Shown here piece after piece: positions 45,639 through 54,917 of a stretch of DNA of 64,000 bases. Position 1 is the stretch's first letter, and each line of letters starts with the position of its first letter. The notes beneath the pieces were generated by a model. It searched no databases and was not told the DNA's origin. It saw only the letters and a program-made list of their open reading frames with translations. Origin of the DNA: Subdoligranulum sp. CAG:314 (GTDB taxonomy: Bacteria > Actinomycetota > Coriobacteriia > Coriobacteriales > Eggerthellaceae); assembly GCA_963635715.1 (NCBI GenBank), contig CAVHFS010000001.1, forward strand, positions 46,452 to 110,451, read 5' to 3'. Made by a program: the position numbers and the translations under genes.

Positions 45639-47084
45639 ATGCCCGATTTCAAACTCCTCATCGACAATCTGTGCAATTTGCCGAGCGAAACCGAATACGT
45701 CGAATTCAAGGAAAGCTACTCGGAACCCGACAAGGAGGGGCGAGACATTTGCGCCCTGGCGAATTCGGCCGCGCTCCACGACGCGCGATATGCCTACAAA
45801 GTTTGGGGAATCACCGACGACACGCACGAGGTCGTCGGAACGAGCTTCAACCCGCACACCGCCAAAAAGGGCAATCAGGACCTCGAAATATACCTGCGCA
45901 CCATGCTCAGCTCCAACGCGAATTTCGAATTCAACGAAGCCGAAGTGTACGGAAAGCACGTAGTGGTTCTCAAAATCTCACCAGCCACCCATAGCCCCGT
46001 ACGCTACCAAAGCATCGCCTACATTAGGTCGGGCAGCAGCACACAAAAACTCGAGCAAGGCTCGCAGCGAGAAGCCGACCTGTGGCGCAAAACCGAGCAC
46101 TCGGTTTTCGAATCTCAGATCGCCTTGGACGGGCTCGAGCTCGAAAACGCACTTCAAACGCTCAATTACGACGCCTATTTCAAAATGCTGGGACAAATTA
46201 CGCCGTCGAATTCCGAGGCGATCGCCCATGTACTCGAGGTAGACAAAATTATCGAGCGCCACGCCGACGGCTATGCGATCACCAACCTCGGCGCCATTCT
46301 GCTTGCCGAAAACCTTCAAGATTTCCCTGCGCTTAGAAGAAAGGCGATTCGCGCCATTAAATACACTGGTGACGGCCGCATTTCCATCGAAAAGAATATG
46401 GTCTTCGAAGAAGGCTACGCGACCGCATTTGAGCAGGCATTTCTCTATCTAACAGCCGCCATGCCCTCCGCCGAGCCCATTGAAGGTGCGCTGCGCAAAT
46501 CAAGGCAGGAATTCCCTGGTATCGCCGTTCGCGAGTTGCTCGCCAACGCCATCGTTCATCAGGATTTCCAAGCCACGGGTTCAAGCCCCCTCGTCGAAAT
46601 CTTCGACAGCCGAATTGAGTTCACGAACCCAGGAGTGCCCTTAATCGACCCCAAGAAAATCGTAAACGACCCCCCGCGATCGAGAAACGAGGCGCTCGCA
46701 GCGCTCATGCGACGCATGGGCATCTGCGAGGAAGCGGGAAGCGGCTGGGACAAAATCGTGACCTCGTGCGAAGAGATGCAGCTTCCGGCGCCGATTATCG
46801 AAACGGCGAACGAAACAACCCGCGTAACCCTTTACAGCCATCGAGAATTCAAGGCACTCACTCCCGATGAACGTGCCGATGCGTGCTATTGGCACGTATG
46901 CGTTCGCTACGCTTCGCGAGATTACGCAAGCAACCAATCGCTCAGGGAGCGCTTCGGTCTGAAAGACTCGAATTCGGCGCAGGTGTCGCGACTTATGAAG
47001 TCGTGCATAGACAAAGGGCTCATCAAACTGTCCGACCCCGAAGCTTCGCCAAAGTATCGGCGCTACATTCCAGCCTGGGCATAG
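45639..47084 (+). CDS. AlbA_2 (Schlafen-like) plus HATPase_c_4 plus HTH putative DNA-binding ATP-binding protein
   Basis: MPDFKLLIDNLCNLPSETEYVEFKESYS (AlbA_2), VRELLANAIVHQDFQ...IEFTNPG, RSRNEALAALMRRMGICEEAGSGWDKI. The start follows AAGGAGG. Confidence 0.85.
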   Translation: MPDFKLLIDNLCNLPSETEYVEFKESYSEPDKEGRDICALANSAALHDARYAYKVWGITDDTHEVVGTSFNPHTAKKGNQDLEIYLRTMLSSNANFEFNEAEVYGKHVVVLKISPATHSPVRYQSIAYIRSGSSTQKLEQGSQREADLWRKTEHSVFESQIALDGLELENALQTLNYDAYFKMLGQITPSNSEAIAHVLEVDKIIERHADGYAITNLGAILLAENLQDFPALRRKAIRAIKYTGDGRISIEKNMVFEEGYATAFEQAFLYLTAAMPSAEPIEGALRKSRQEFPGIAVRELLANAIVHQDFQATGSSPLVEIFDSRIEFTNPGVPLIDPKKIVNDPPRSRNEALAALMRRMGICEEAGSGWDKIVTSCEEMQLPAPIIETANETTRVTLYSHREFKALTPDERADACYWHVCVRYASRDYASNQSLRERFGLKDSNSAQVSRLMKSCIDKGLIKLSDPEASPKYRRYIPAWA

Positions 47085-47115
47085 GCCTTAAGCTGAGGGG
47101 TTTACGCTTCCTGGC

Positions 47116-47260
47116 TTTTACTTGCTCGTCATTTGCTTTTTCGCGCCGAAAAGCGGCTATTTTTGGGCGCTTTCGCGCATCGCACGCGTTTGACCTGCGT
47201 TTTTGCAAATCTGCTTTACTTGCTTCTTACTTGCTCGTCATTTGCTTCTTACTTGCTTTT
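47116..47260. repeat. direct repeat DR2, partner of DR1
   Basis: Same order of sub-repeats as DR1. It begins about 30 nt after the stop of the AlbA_2 gene. Confidence 0.9.
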
Positions 47261-47320
47261 CGGCCTTAGCCGCCCCGATTTCGCACATTTTGCCTGCTGG
47301 CCCCACGCCTCCAAACGCAC

Positions 47321-47354
47321 GAAGGCCCCGCGCTCAAACGAACGCGGGGCCTTC
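47321..47354. terminator. strong hairpin (terminator-like) between DR2 and the ferredoxin gene
   Basis: GAAGGCCCCGCG-N10-CGCGGGGCCTTC, a perfect 12-bp stem. The U tracts are weak on both strands. Confidence 0.5.
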
Positions 47355-47376
47355 GACAGTCGTCACACACCGAAGA

Positions 47377-47565
47377 TTAGTCTTCGCTGATCTCGGTGAT
47401 AACTCCCATGGGGCATTCCTCGACGCAATCGCCGCAAGCGATGCAAGCATCCTCGTTTTCGACGACGACAACGCCGCCAGCAATCTCCAAAACATCTTGC
47501 GGGCACGCATCAACGCAAATGCCGCAGCCGATGCATTCGTCGGTTTCAAGCACAGGATGAGCCAT
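47377..47565 (-). CDS. 2x[4Fe-4S] ferredoxin
   Basis: 62 aa with CIGCGICVDACP and CIACGDCVEECP motifs. Confidence 0.85.
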   Translation of the reverse strand: MAHPVLETDECIGCGICVDACPQDVLEIAGGVVVVENEDACIACGDCVEECPMGVITEISED

Positions 47566-47954
47566 GATGTGCTCCTCTCACTTGTATGCTCAGCGCCTAG
47601 GCTGAAGTTCAACACTGACACAGGCCGAGCCAGCACCCCGCCAGCTCGAACCACAGACCGCAAAATACCATTAATCGGTGGCATTGCAAGAAGGATTTCA
47701 GAAATGCCGCCGAACGGTTGTCCGATTCCCACGCAAAGCCGGCAAAACCCCACGTCATTCATGAAAAAGGTAGCCTCATGCAACAAATATTTCTTGTGAA
47801 CTGGCCTGCCTTCGCCAAAAAATCAAACGGATTGCTTGAGGGAATCTGGTTTCTATGGGATACTAACAAACGCGCAATCAGCATACGCACATAACTTTAT
47901 AGGTTTCGCTTACACACACTCAAAACACCGCACGAGCGAAAGGATCCATGGCAC

Positions 47955-48311
47955 ATGGCCACTAAGCTATCGAGAACTTCTTCCCCCGTCGAGGCGACGC
48001 TTTCCTTTATGTCCGATAAATGGAAGGTGCTCATTTTGCGCGACCTGCTCACAGGCACGAAGCGCTTCGGCGAGCTGAAGAAATCCATCGGTAGCATCTC
48101 CCAAAAGGTGCTCACCTCGAATTTACGCGCCATGGAGGAAGACGGCCTTTTGCAGCGCGAGGTATTCGCCGAGGTGCCCCCTCGCGTTGAGTACACGCTC
48201 ACCGATCGGGGTCGCAGCTTGGAGCCCGTCATCGAGGCGATGCGCGTTTGGGGCGAGGCCCATATGGCTGAACTCATAGCCGAAGAAGAGGCCCAATACA
48301 CCCAAGAATAA
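47955..48311 (+). CDS. HxlR-family transcriptional regulator
   Basis: KWKVLILRDLLTGTKRFGELKKSIGSISQKVLTSNLRAMEEDGLLQREVFAEVPPRVEYTLT, the canonical HxlR wHTH. Confidence 0.85.
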   Translation: MATKLSRTSSPVEATLSFMSDKWKVLILRDLLTGTKRFGELKKSIGSISQKVLTSNLRAMEEDGLLQREVFAEVPPRVEYTLTDRGRSLEPVIEAMRVWGEAHMAELIAEEEAQYTQE

Positions 48312-48354
48312 GCCGAGGCGCTCCTGCCGCCCGAGGGCGCGACGGCCTTGGTGG

Positions 48355-48831
48355 CTACGCTCGATTGAGCGTTTTCAGAAGCGCCCAATCGCGCTGCTTA
48401 AGCGCGCTGTCTGACAGGTCGGCCTGAAACGAAGCGAACGCAGCCACAGGGCGCCCTAACAATCGCGCCGAAGCATGCGGAGCGATTCGCGAATGGTACG
48501 CGGTATTGACCATCTCCAAAGCGACCTCGTCGGCAACAATAAGAGCCGCAGGGTCAATCGCCTCTATCACGAACGCCGCCTGCGCGGGCTCCCCCATTTG
48601 CGAGGCGTCGAGCACAACAGAGTCGGCCATGCCGATTTTCTCGCAGGCCGCGCGCAAGGCACCGAGCACCTCTTCGGGCAGCTCCCCAAAGGCAACAATG
48701 CACACGTCGGAATCGACATCGCCATCGATGGCCGCATCGTATTTCGCAAGCTGTTCGAGCTTCGCATCAATATACATGTTACTTTTGGCGGGTTTTTTCA
48801 CACGATTCTCTTTTCGCGCTCCAAATGACAC
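48355..48831 (-). CDS. hypothetical protein
   Basis: 158-codon ORF with protein-like composition, in an otherwise unassigned gap. No family recognised and the start is uncertain. Confidence 0.45.
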   Translation of the reverse strand: MSFGARKENRVKKPAKSNMYIDAKLEQLAKYDAAIDGDVDSDVCIVAFGELPEEVLGALRAACEKIGMADSVVLDASQMGEPAQAAFVIEAIDPAALIVADEVALEMVNTAYHSRIAPHASARLLGRPVAAFASFQADLSDSALKQRDWALLKTLNRA

Positions 48832-48938
48832 TTTTCTAGGACCATAATAGCCCCAAACATACGCGAATCGCAGCGAGGCGAAGCCATCCGAAGGCCGAAC
48901 TAAAACGAGCCCCGCCGCGCGCGATGAGAGGAGAAACC

Positions 48939-49193
48939 ATGTGCACCAACGGCATCAACACCGGTCAATTCGAGCAAATGATCGAACAAATCGACGACCA
49001 CATCAAACTTGAGCGCCGCTGGGCCCACAACCTCGCCCATCAGGCCGAAGATGCGGGATTCAGCGCCACGGGCGAAAAACTGCACGCGGCCATGAGCGCG
49101 CTCGACGAGATTCGCGCGCTGCTCGACGAGGCGAAAGACGCCCTCGAAGACGATGCCGAGGCAAAGCGCGGCGTTACCGTGACGCTGGTATAG
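48939..49193 (+). CDS. hypothetical small helical protein, co-oriented with and 3 nt upstream of nikR
   Basis: MCTNGINTGQFEQMIEQIDDHIKLERRWAHNLAHQAED... (84 aa), preceded by GAGAGGAGA. Its stop is at 49191-49193 and nikR starts at 49197. Confidence 0.45.
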   Translation: MCTNGINTGQFEQMIEQIDDHIKLERRWAHNLAHQAEDAGFSATGEKLHAAMSALDEIRALLDEAKDALEDDAEAKRGVTVTLV

Positions 49194-49196
49194 CCC

Positions 49197-49697
49197 ATGG
49201 CCCAAGACCTTATGCGCTTTTCGGTCGCGATGCCCGAAAGCCTTTTGATGCGCTTCGACGCGCTCGTGGCGCGCCGCGGGCTCGCGAAGAATCGCAGCGA
49301 GGTCGTCCGCGACCTGGTTCGTGACGCCCTCATCGAGGAGGAATGCGCATTGCCCGGCGAAGAGGTGATGGGCACGCTCACCATCGTCTTCAACCACCAT
49401 ACCAACGACGTGCGCGACAAGCTCGACGGCATCCAGCACGACTTCTTCGAATCCATCGTGAGCAGCATGCATGTGCATCTCGACGCCGACAGCTGCATGG
49501 AGGTCATCATCTTGCGCGGGGAAAGCGGCCTGATTCGCTCCATCTCCGACCTCATTTTGGGAACGAAGGGCGTCACGCACGGCAGGCTCGTGACCACATC
49601 GACGGGCCACGGGGCATACGAGAACCGCCCGACGCCCACCGCGGAGGCGGCAAACGCCGCGCGAGGCTGGGCGAACAGCCATCCGCATACGCACTAA
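49197..49697 (+). CDS. nikR: nickel-responsive regulator NikR (RHH plus ACT-like metal-binding domain)
   Basis: MRFSVAMPESLLMRFDALVARRGLAKNRSEVVRDLVRD (CopG/RHH), then TLTIVFNHHTNDVRDKLDGIQHDF...HVHLD...CMEVIILRG. The C-terminal tail is His-rich. Confidence 0.85.
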   Translation: MAQDLMRFSVAMPESLLMRFDALVARRGLAKNRSEVVRDLVRDALIEEECALPGEEVMGTLTIVFNHHTNDVRDKLDGIQHDFFESIVSSMHVHLDADSCMEVIILRGESGLIRSISDLILGTKGVTHGRLVTTSTGHGAYENRPTPTAEAANAARGWANSHPHTH

Positions 49698-49712
49698 CAC
49701 TGGGGAGCAACC

Positions 49713-52205
49713 ATGATTGAAGCGCTCGACATAGAGGTGCATGGCATCGTGCAGGGCGTGGGGTTCAGGCCCTTCGTCTACAATGCCGCCGTTTCGCGAG
49801 GCCTTCGCGGATGGGTGCTCAACGCCACGGCGGGAGTCTTCATCCATGTCGAAGGCGAGAGCGCGAGCATCGACTCGCTGGTGATGGAGATCAACGACCA
49901 TGCGCCCGCGGCCGCGCGAGTGAGCGAGATTTGCCTTGCCGAAGGCAAGCTTTGCGGCTTCGACGACTTCGAAATTCGCTATTCCGACGAAGGCGAGGCG
50001 GCGCGAACCACGCTCGTTTCGCCCGATTTGGCCACGTGCGACGAATGCGTGGCCGAGCTTTTCGATCCCGAAAACCGCCGCTACCATTACCCCTTCATCA
50101 ACTGCACGAACTGTGGGCCGCGCTTCACCATTATCGACGGCCTGCCCTACGATCGCGCGAAGACTTCCATGGCAGCTTTCGCCATGTGCGATTCCTGCAA
50201 AAGCGAGTACCAAGACCCCGCGAACAGGCGCTTCCATGCGCAGCCCGATGCCTGCTTCGAATGCGGCCCGCATATATCCTGGTGGGAGTCAGGCCTTGAA
50301 TCGAACACGCCCGAAGTGCTCGCCTGCGCGAAGGCAGACGAGCAGGGAACGCTGTGGGGGGAAACGCTTCAGGCGAGCGACGCGATTATCGAGCGGGCCG
50401 CGCAGATGCTTCGCGAGGGGCGCATCGTGGCCGTCAAGGGCCTCGGCGGCTTTCACTTGGCATGCGACGCGCGAAACGAAAAGGCCCTCGCCACGCTGAG
50501 GGAACGCAAGCACAGACCAGGGAAAGCCCTGGCCGTCATGTATCGCACGCTTGATGAGGTGCGCGATGTTTGCCAGGTAAGCGATGCCGAGCGGCGCCTG
50601 CTCGAAGGGCCGCAGCGCCCCATCGTCCTGCTCAAAAAGCGCAGCGACGCAGCGTTTACCGCAGGACTCGCCGACCACCTTGGCGAGCTCGGCGTCATGC
50701 TGCCCTACACCCCCGTGCAGCACCTGCTGCTCGCCGCCTTCGGCGGACCGCTCGTTATGACGTCGGGGAATCTGCACGACGAGCCCATCTGCATGGACGA
50801 CGCCGAGGCGCGCGTGCGCCTCGTGGGTATCGCCGACGCGTTTTTGGGCAACGCTCGGCCCATTCGCTGCCGCTTCGACGATTCCGTCGTGCGCGTGATA
50901 TCGGCGGGCTCGGCAGGCGATGCCGTGCAGATGGTGCGCCGCGCGCGCGGGTTCGCGCCTTTGCCCCTATCGCTCGAAAGCGAAGGCGAGGCCTGCGACC
51001 AAACGATTTTCGCATGCGGCCCCGAACAGAAAAATACCTTCTGCCTTTTGCGGGGAAACGAGGCCTTCGTAAGCCAGCATATCGGCGACATGGAAAGCGC
51101 CGAGGTCTTCGACGCGTGGCTTGCAGCGAAGGCCCACTTCGAGGGGCTGTTCCAGGCGACCCCCGACCTCCTTGTCGCCGATGCGCATCCCGAATATCTC
51201 TCGTCGAAGTGGGCCGAAGAGCAAAGTTTGCATGCCTCCCGCGAACACGCTGGGCTTCCCCTGGAAAAAGTCCAGCACCATCATGCCCACATCGTGAGCG
51301 CGATGGCAGAGTGCGGCCTCGACGAGGCCGTCATCGGCATCGCGTTCGACGGAACGGGCTACGGAGCCGACGGAAATATCTGGGGCGGCGAAGCCCTGCT
51401 CGCGAATCGAGTCGATTTCGAACGCTTCGCGAACTTCGCCTATATCCCCATGCCGGGCGGTGCCTCAGCCGTGAAAAACCCGCTGCGCATGGCCTACGGC
51501 GCGCTTCATACCTTCGATCTGCTCGAACACCCTGCAGCGAAGGATGCCCTGGAAGAGCTCGGCGAAGCGGCCAGCATTTGCGACCAGATGATTGAGCGCG
51601 GCCTGAACTGCCCGCTCACCTCAAGCGTTGGACGCCTCTTCGACGCGGCGAGCGCGCTTCTCGGCGTTTGCGAACAGCCGAGCTACGAGGGCGAAGCCGC
51701 CGCACTGCTCGAAGCGGCCATACACGACGCGACGCTTGGCCGCGAGAGGAAAACGCACGGAAGCGTTTCGAGCGAGCCCTACCATGTGTCCGTCACCAAA
51801 AACAGCGCGACCGCGAAAAGCACCGCGCACGACACGAGCGTCATACTGATTGATGCCGAGCCCGTGTTCAAGGCCATGCTCGACGACATGGCCGCCGGGC
51901 TTTCCACAAGCGATATCGCCCGCAAATTCCACGACTGCATGGTCGAGGCGATCGTGCAAATATGCCTCATCGCAAACGCAGCGTACGGAATTTCGACCGT
52001 CGCGCTCGCGGGAGGCGTCTTCATGAACCGATACCTTATCGAACACGCGGTTTCCGCGCTCGAGGCCGCGGGCTTCACCGTGGCGCTCAACAAGGAGCTG
52101 CCCTGCAACGACGGAGGAATCAGCTTCGGACAAGCGGCCATCGCGAAAGCGCGCCAAGCTCAGGCGGGCGACGAAAAACAGAGGGAGGAAGCACCATGTG
52201 CCTAG
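49713..52205 (+). CDS. hypF: [NiFe]-hydrogenase maturation carbamoyltransferase HypF
   Basis: Acylphosphatase-like VHGIVQGVGFRPFVY, two zinc-finger pairs (CDECVAEL...CTNCGPRF; CDSCKSEY...CFECGP), and YrdC and Kae1-like domains. 830 aa. Confidence 0.95.
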   Translation: MIEALDIEVHGIVQGVGFRPFVYNAAVSRGLRGWVLNATAGVFIHVEGESASIDSLVMEINDHAPAAARVSEICLAEGKLCGFDDFEIRYSDEGEAARTTLVSPDLATCDECVAELFDPENRRYHYPFINCTNCGPRFTIIDGLPYDRAKTSMAAFAMCDSCKSEYQDPANRRFHAQPDACFECGPHISWWESGLESNTPEVLACAKADEQGTLWGETLQASDAIIERAAQMLREGRIVAVKGLGGFHLACDARNEKALATLRERKHRPGKALAVMYRTLDEVRDVCQVSDAERRLLEGPQRPIVLLKKRSDAAFTAGLADHLGELGVMLPYTPVQHLLLAAFGGPLVMTSGNLHDEPICMDDAEARVRLVGIADAFLGNARPIRCRFDDSVVRVISAGSAGDAVQMVRRARGFAPLPLSLESEGEACDQTIFACGPEQKNTFCLLRGNEAFVSQHIGDMESAEVFDAWLAAKAHFEGLFQATPDLLVADAHPEYLSSKWAEEQSLHASREHAGLPLEKVQHHHAHIVSAMAECGLDEAVIGIAFDGTGYGADGNIWGGEALLANRVDFERFANFAYIPMPGGASAVKNPLRMAYGALHTFDLLEHPAAKDALEELGEAASICDQMIERGLNCPLTSSVGRLFDAASALLGVCEQPSYEGEAAALLEAAIHDATLGRERKTHGSVSSEPYHVSVTKNSATAKSTAHDTSVILIDAEPVFKAMLDDMAAGLSTSDIARKFHDCMVEAIVQICLIANAAYGISTVALAGGVFMNRYLIEHAVSALEAAGFTVALNKELPCNDGGISFGQAAIAKARQAQAGDEKQREEAPCA

Positions 52206-52441
52206 CAATTCCTGCTCAGATCACCGAAATCGACGAAGGCAATATGGCGACCGTCGATATTTTGGGAGTAACGCGCGGCATCTCAATAGATTTGACCCCA
52301 GCCGCTAAGGTCGGCGATTTCGTGCTCGTGCATGCGGGTTTTTCCATCGAAATCGTCAGCGAGCAGGCCGCGCGCGAGACGCTCGACCTGATTCGCCAGT
52401 TTCCCGAATTCGCCGACGCAGGCGAAGCGCAAAGCGCGTAG
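52196..52441 (+). CDS. hypC: hydrogenase assembly chaperone HypC/HupF
   Basis: MCLAIPAQITEI N-terminus (invariant Cys2). 81 aa. Overlaps the hypF stop. Confidence 0.9.
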   Translation: MCLAIPAQITEIDEGNMATVDILGVTRGISIDLTPAAKVGDFVLVHAGFSIEIVSEQAARETLDLIRQFPEFADAGEAQSA

Positions 52442-52450
52442 GGCCGCATC

Positions 52451-53530
52451 ATGATAGATAAGAACAGCTTCAAAGACCCCACGCTCGCACGAGGGCTTAT
52501 CGAAAGCATCCAAGCGCTCGCGCCCGAGCAGGCCACGCTCATGGAAGTGTGCGGAACCCATACCGTTTCTATCGCACGATGCGGCATTCGCTCGCTGATG
52601 CCCAAGGGGTGTCGCCTGGCAAGCGGGCCAGGCTGTCCCGTGTGCGTGACCAGTAACCGCGACATCGACACGGTTATCGCGCTCTCCCGCGTGCCGAACG
52701 TCATCATCACCACCTTCGGCGACATGACGCGCGTACCCGGCTCCACCAGCTCGCTTCTGAAAGAGCAAGCGGCCGGCCGCGATGTGCGCATCGTCTATTC
52801 GCCGCTCGACGCGCTCGCGATTGCGAAAGACAACCCCAGCCGGCCCGTGATTTTCGTGGGCGTCGGCTTCGAAACAACCACGCCGCTCGTGGCTATGGCC
52901 ATTAAGCGGGCGAAGGCCGCAAAGCTCGAGAATTTCAGCGTGTTCGCCGCGCACAAAAATATGCCGGGAGCGCTCGACGTGCTTATGGGCGATCCAAACC
53001 TGCAGGTGAGCGCCCTTATCTTGCCTGGACACGTAAGCACCATCATCGGCATGAAGCCCTACCAGTTCCTCGCCAAGAAATACCACATCCCAGGCGTTAT
53101 CACAGGCTTTGAGCCGCTCGACGTGCTCGAAGGCATCGCCATGATCATGAAGCAGTTGCATGAAGGGCGAGCCGAAATCGAGAACGCCTATGCCCGCGGA
53201 GTCATGCCCGAAGGAAACCCCGTGGCGCTCAGCGCGATAGACGAAGTCTTCGAAACCTGCACGGCGAATTGGCGCGGGCTTGGCCCGATCGAGGGAAGCG
53301 GGTATCGCATCCGCGAGGAATTCTCTCAATTCGACGCCCTGCGCGTGCACGAAGTTGAGGTTGAGCCGACGATCGAACCGAAGGGCTGCCGTTGCGGGGA
53401 CGTGCTGCGCGGCATCATGGCCCCCAACGAATGCCCGCTTTTCCGCAGGGTGTGCTCGCCTGAAAACCCCATAGGGCCTTGCATGGTGAGCTCCGAAGGC
53501 TCCTGCGCCGCGTATTTCAGGTATTACTGA
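52451..53530 (+). CDS. hypD: hydrogenase formation protein HypD
   Basis: CGTHT, GPGCPVCVT, FETT and PGHVS motifs. 359 aa. Confidence 0.95.
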   Translation: MIDKNSFKDPTLARGLIESIQALAPEQATLMEVCGTHTVSIARCGIRSLMPKGCRLASGPGCPVCVTSNRDIDTVIALSRVPNVIITTFGDMTRVPGSTSSLLKEQAAGRDVRIVYSPLDALAIAKDNPSRPVIFVGVGFETTTPLVAMAIKRAKAAKLENFSVFAAHKNMPGALDVLMGDPNLQVSALILPGHVSTIIGMKPYQFLAKKYHIPGVITGFEPLDVLEGIAMIMKQLHEGRAEIENAYARGVMPEGNPVALSAIDEVFETCTANWRGLGPIEGSGYRIREEFSQFDALRVHEVEVEPTIEPKGCRCGDVLRGIMAPNECPLFRRVCSPENPIGPCMVSSEGSCAAYFRYY

Positions 53531-53637
53531 TTTTTCCCGTCCGCGTCGGGCCTTTCGGCCGGAACGCTACTGTAGTTGACCCAGTGCGTTGAAAACGCGG
53601 CACTTTCCTCGTTCGCTGGACGTTTTGAAAGTTTGCT

Positions 53638-53661
53638 CGAGGCCTTCGGCCTCGTATTTTG
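53638..53661 (+). terminator. terminator/attenuator-like hairpin just upstream of the hypE SD
   Basis: CGAGGCC-TTC-GGCCTCG followed by TATTTTGTGG. It ends about 10 nt before the GGAGG of hypE. Confidence 0.4.
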
Positions 53662-53678
53662 TGGATGGAGGTTTCCTC

Positions 53679-54704
53679 ATGACTGATGAAACGGTGCTTT
53701 TAGGACACGGCTCCGGCGGAACCATGATGAAGCGCATTATCGACGACGTATTCGCCGCCACGTATGGCTCCGAAGAGCTCGCCCAAGGCAACGACGCCGC
53801 GCTGCTCGCTGCCCCCGCGCCAGGGGAGCGCCTCGCATTTTCCACCGACACGTTCGTGGTCACGCCGCATTTCTTCCCTGGCGGCAACATCGGCCGGCTC
53901 GCCGTATGCGGAACCGTGAACGACGTGGCGACGAGCGGAGCCAAGGTGAAATACCTCTCGGTGGCCATGGTCTTGGAAGAGGGCTTTCCTATGGACGACC
54001 TGCGCCGCATCTGCGAAACCATTCGCGATGTAGCCGCCGAAGCGGGCGTTCATGTGGTGACGGGCGACACGAAAGTCGTCAATCGCGGGCACGGCGACGG
54101 AATTTACATCAATACGGCCGGCGTGGGGCTCGTGCCCGTTGGCGTCAATCTTTCGGGCGCGAACTGCCAGCCAGGCGATGCGATCCTGCTTTCCGGTACG
54201 CTGGGCGACCACGGGATTTGCATCATGAGCCAGCGCGAGAATCTCTCGTTCTCCGCACCAATCGAAAGCGACGCCGCGCCGCTCAATCATCTTATCGCCG
54301 ACGTGCTTGCCGCCGCGCCCAACGCGCGCTGCTTTCGCGACCCCACGCGCGGCGGACTCGCCTCGACGCTTAACGAGCTCGGAGCGCAAAGCGGCACGGA
54401 CATGGTGGTTCTCGAAGACGACGTGCCCGTAAAAGACGCCGTTCGCGGAGCGTGCGACATGCTCGGATACGACGTATTCCAAGTGGCCAACGAGGGCAAG
54501 ATGGTCTGCATTGTTGCCGCCGACGAAGCGCAAGCCGCGCTCGATGCCATGCGAGCGAACGAATACGGGCGCGACGCGGCCATCATCGGACGCGTCGAGG
54601 CGGCCGATTCCCAACGCGGGCCGAAGGTGTTCCTCGAAACAGGATTCGGCACGCGACGCATCTTGGATATGCTCGTGGGCGAACAGCTGCCGCGCATCTG
54701 TTAG
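53679..54704 (+). CDS. hypE: hydrogenase expression/formation protein HypE
   Basis: Start MTDETVLLGHGSGG after GGAGG. AIR-synthase-like fold blocks and the invariant C-terminal PRIC. Confidence 0.93.
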   Translation: MTDETVLLGHGSGGTMMKRIIDDVFAATYGSEELAQGNDAALLAAPAPGERLAFSTDTFVVTPHFFPGGNIGRLAVCGTVNDVATSGAKVKYLSVAMVLEEGFPMDDLRRICETIRDVAAEAGVHVVTGDTKVVNRGHGDGIYINTAGVGLVPVGVNLSGANCQPGDAILLSGTLGDHGICIMSQRENLSFSAPIESDAAPLNHLIADVLAAAPNARCFRDPTRGGLASTLNELGAQSGTDMVVLEDDVPVKDAVRGACDMLGYDVFQVANEGKMVCIVAADEAQAALDAMRANEYGRDAAIIGRVEAADSQRGPKVFLETGFGTRRILDMLVGEQLPRIC

Positions 54705-54917
54705 ACAAACGCGCTGCGGCGCGCCCGCAACGATTGGCATCTTCGGGGAGGAGCATCACGCGCCCTTCACATTGAATTGGCCAGAATTGCCACATGAGGT
54801 GCGCATTCGCTACAATGAGACCACTTTTGTTTTGACAGGCGCGCACTCTGCGCGCCTGATTTGCGCAAAGGGCAATACTTTTTGCGCGCGCAGTATTGTT
54901 CGCGAGAAAGAGGACAC

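Noticed and set aside
45316-45640. Coding potential of DR1 and DR2 (both copies keep two open frames, e.g. RKAAIFGRFRASH.FDL)
   Set aside because: The differences between the copies are mostly non-synonymous in either frame. There is no start or SD, and the minus strand carries repeated TAA stops. The region is better explained as a structured non-coding repeat.
48900-50273. 457-aa minus-strand ORF
   Set aside because: Antisense to the small ORF, nikR and the 5' end of hypF.
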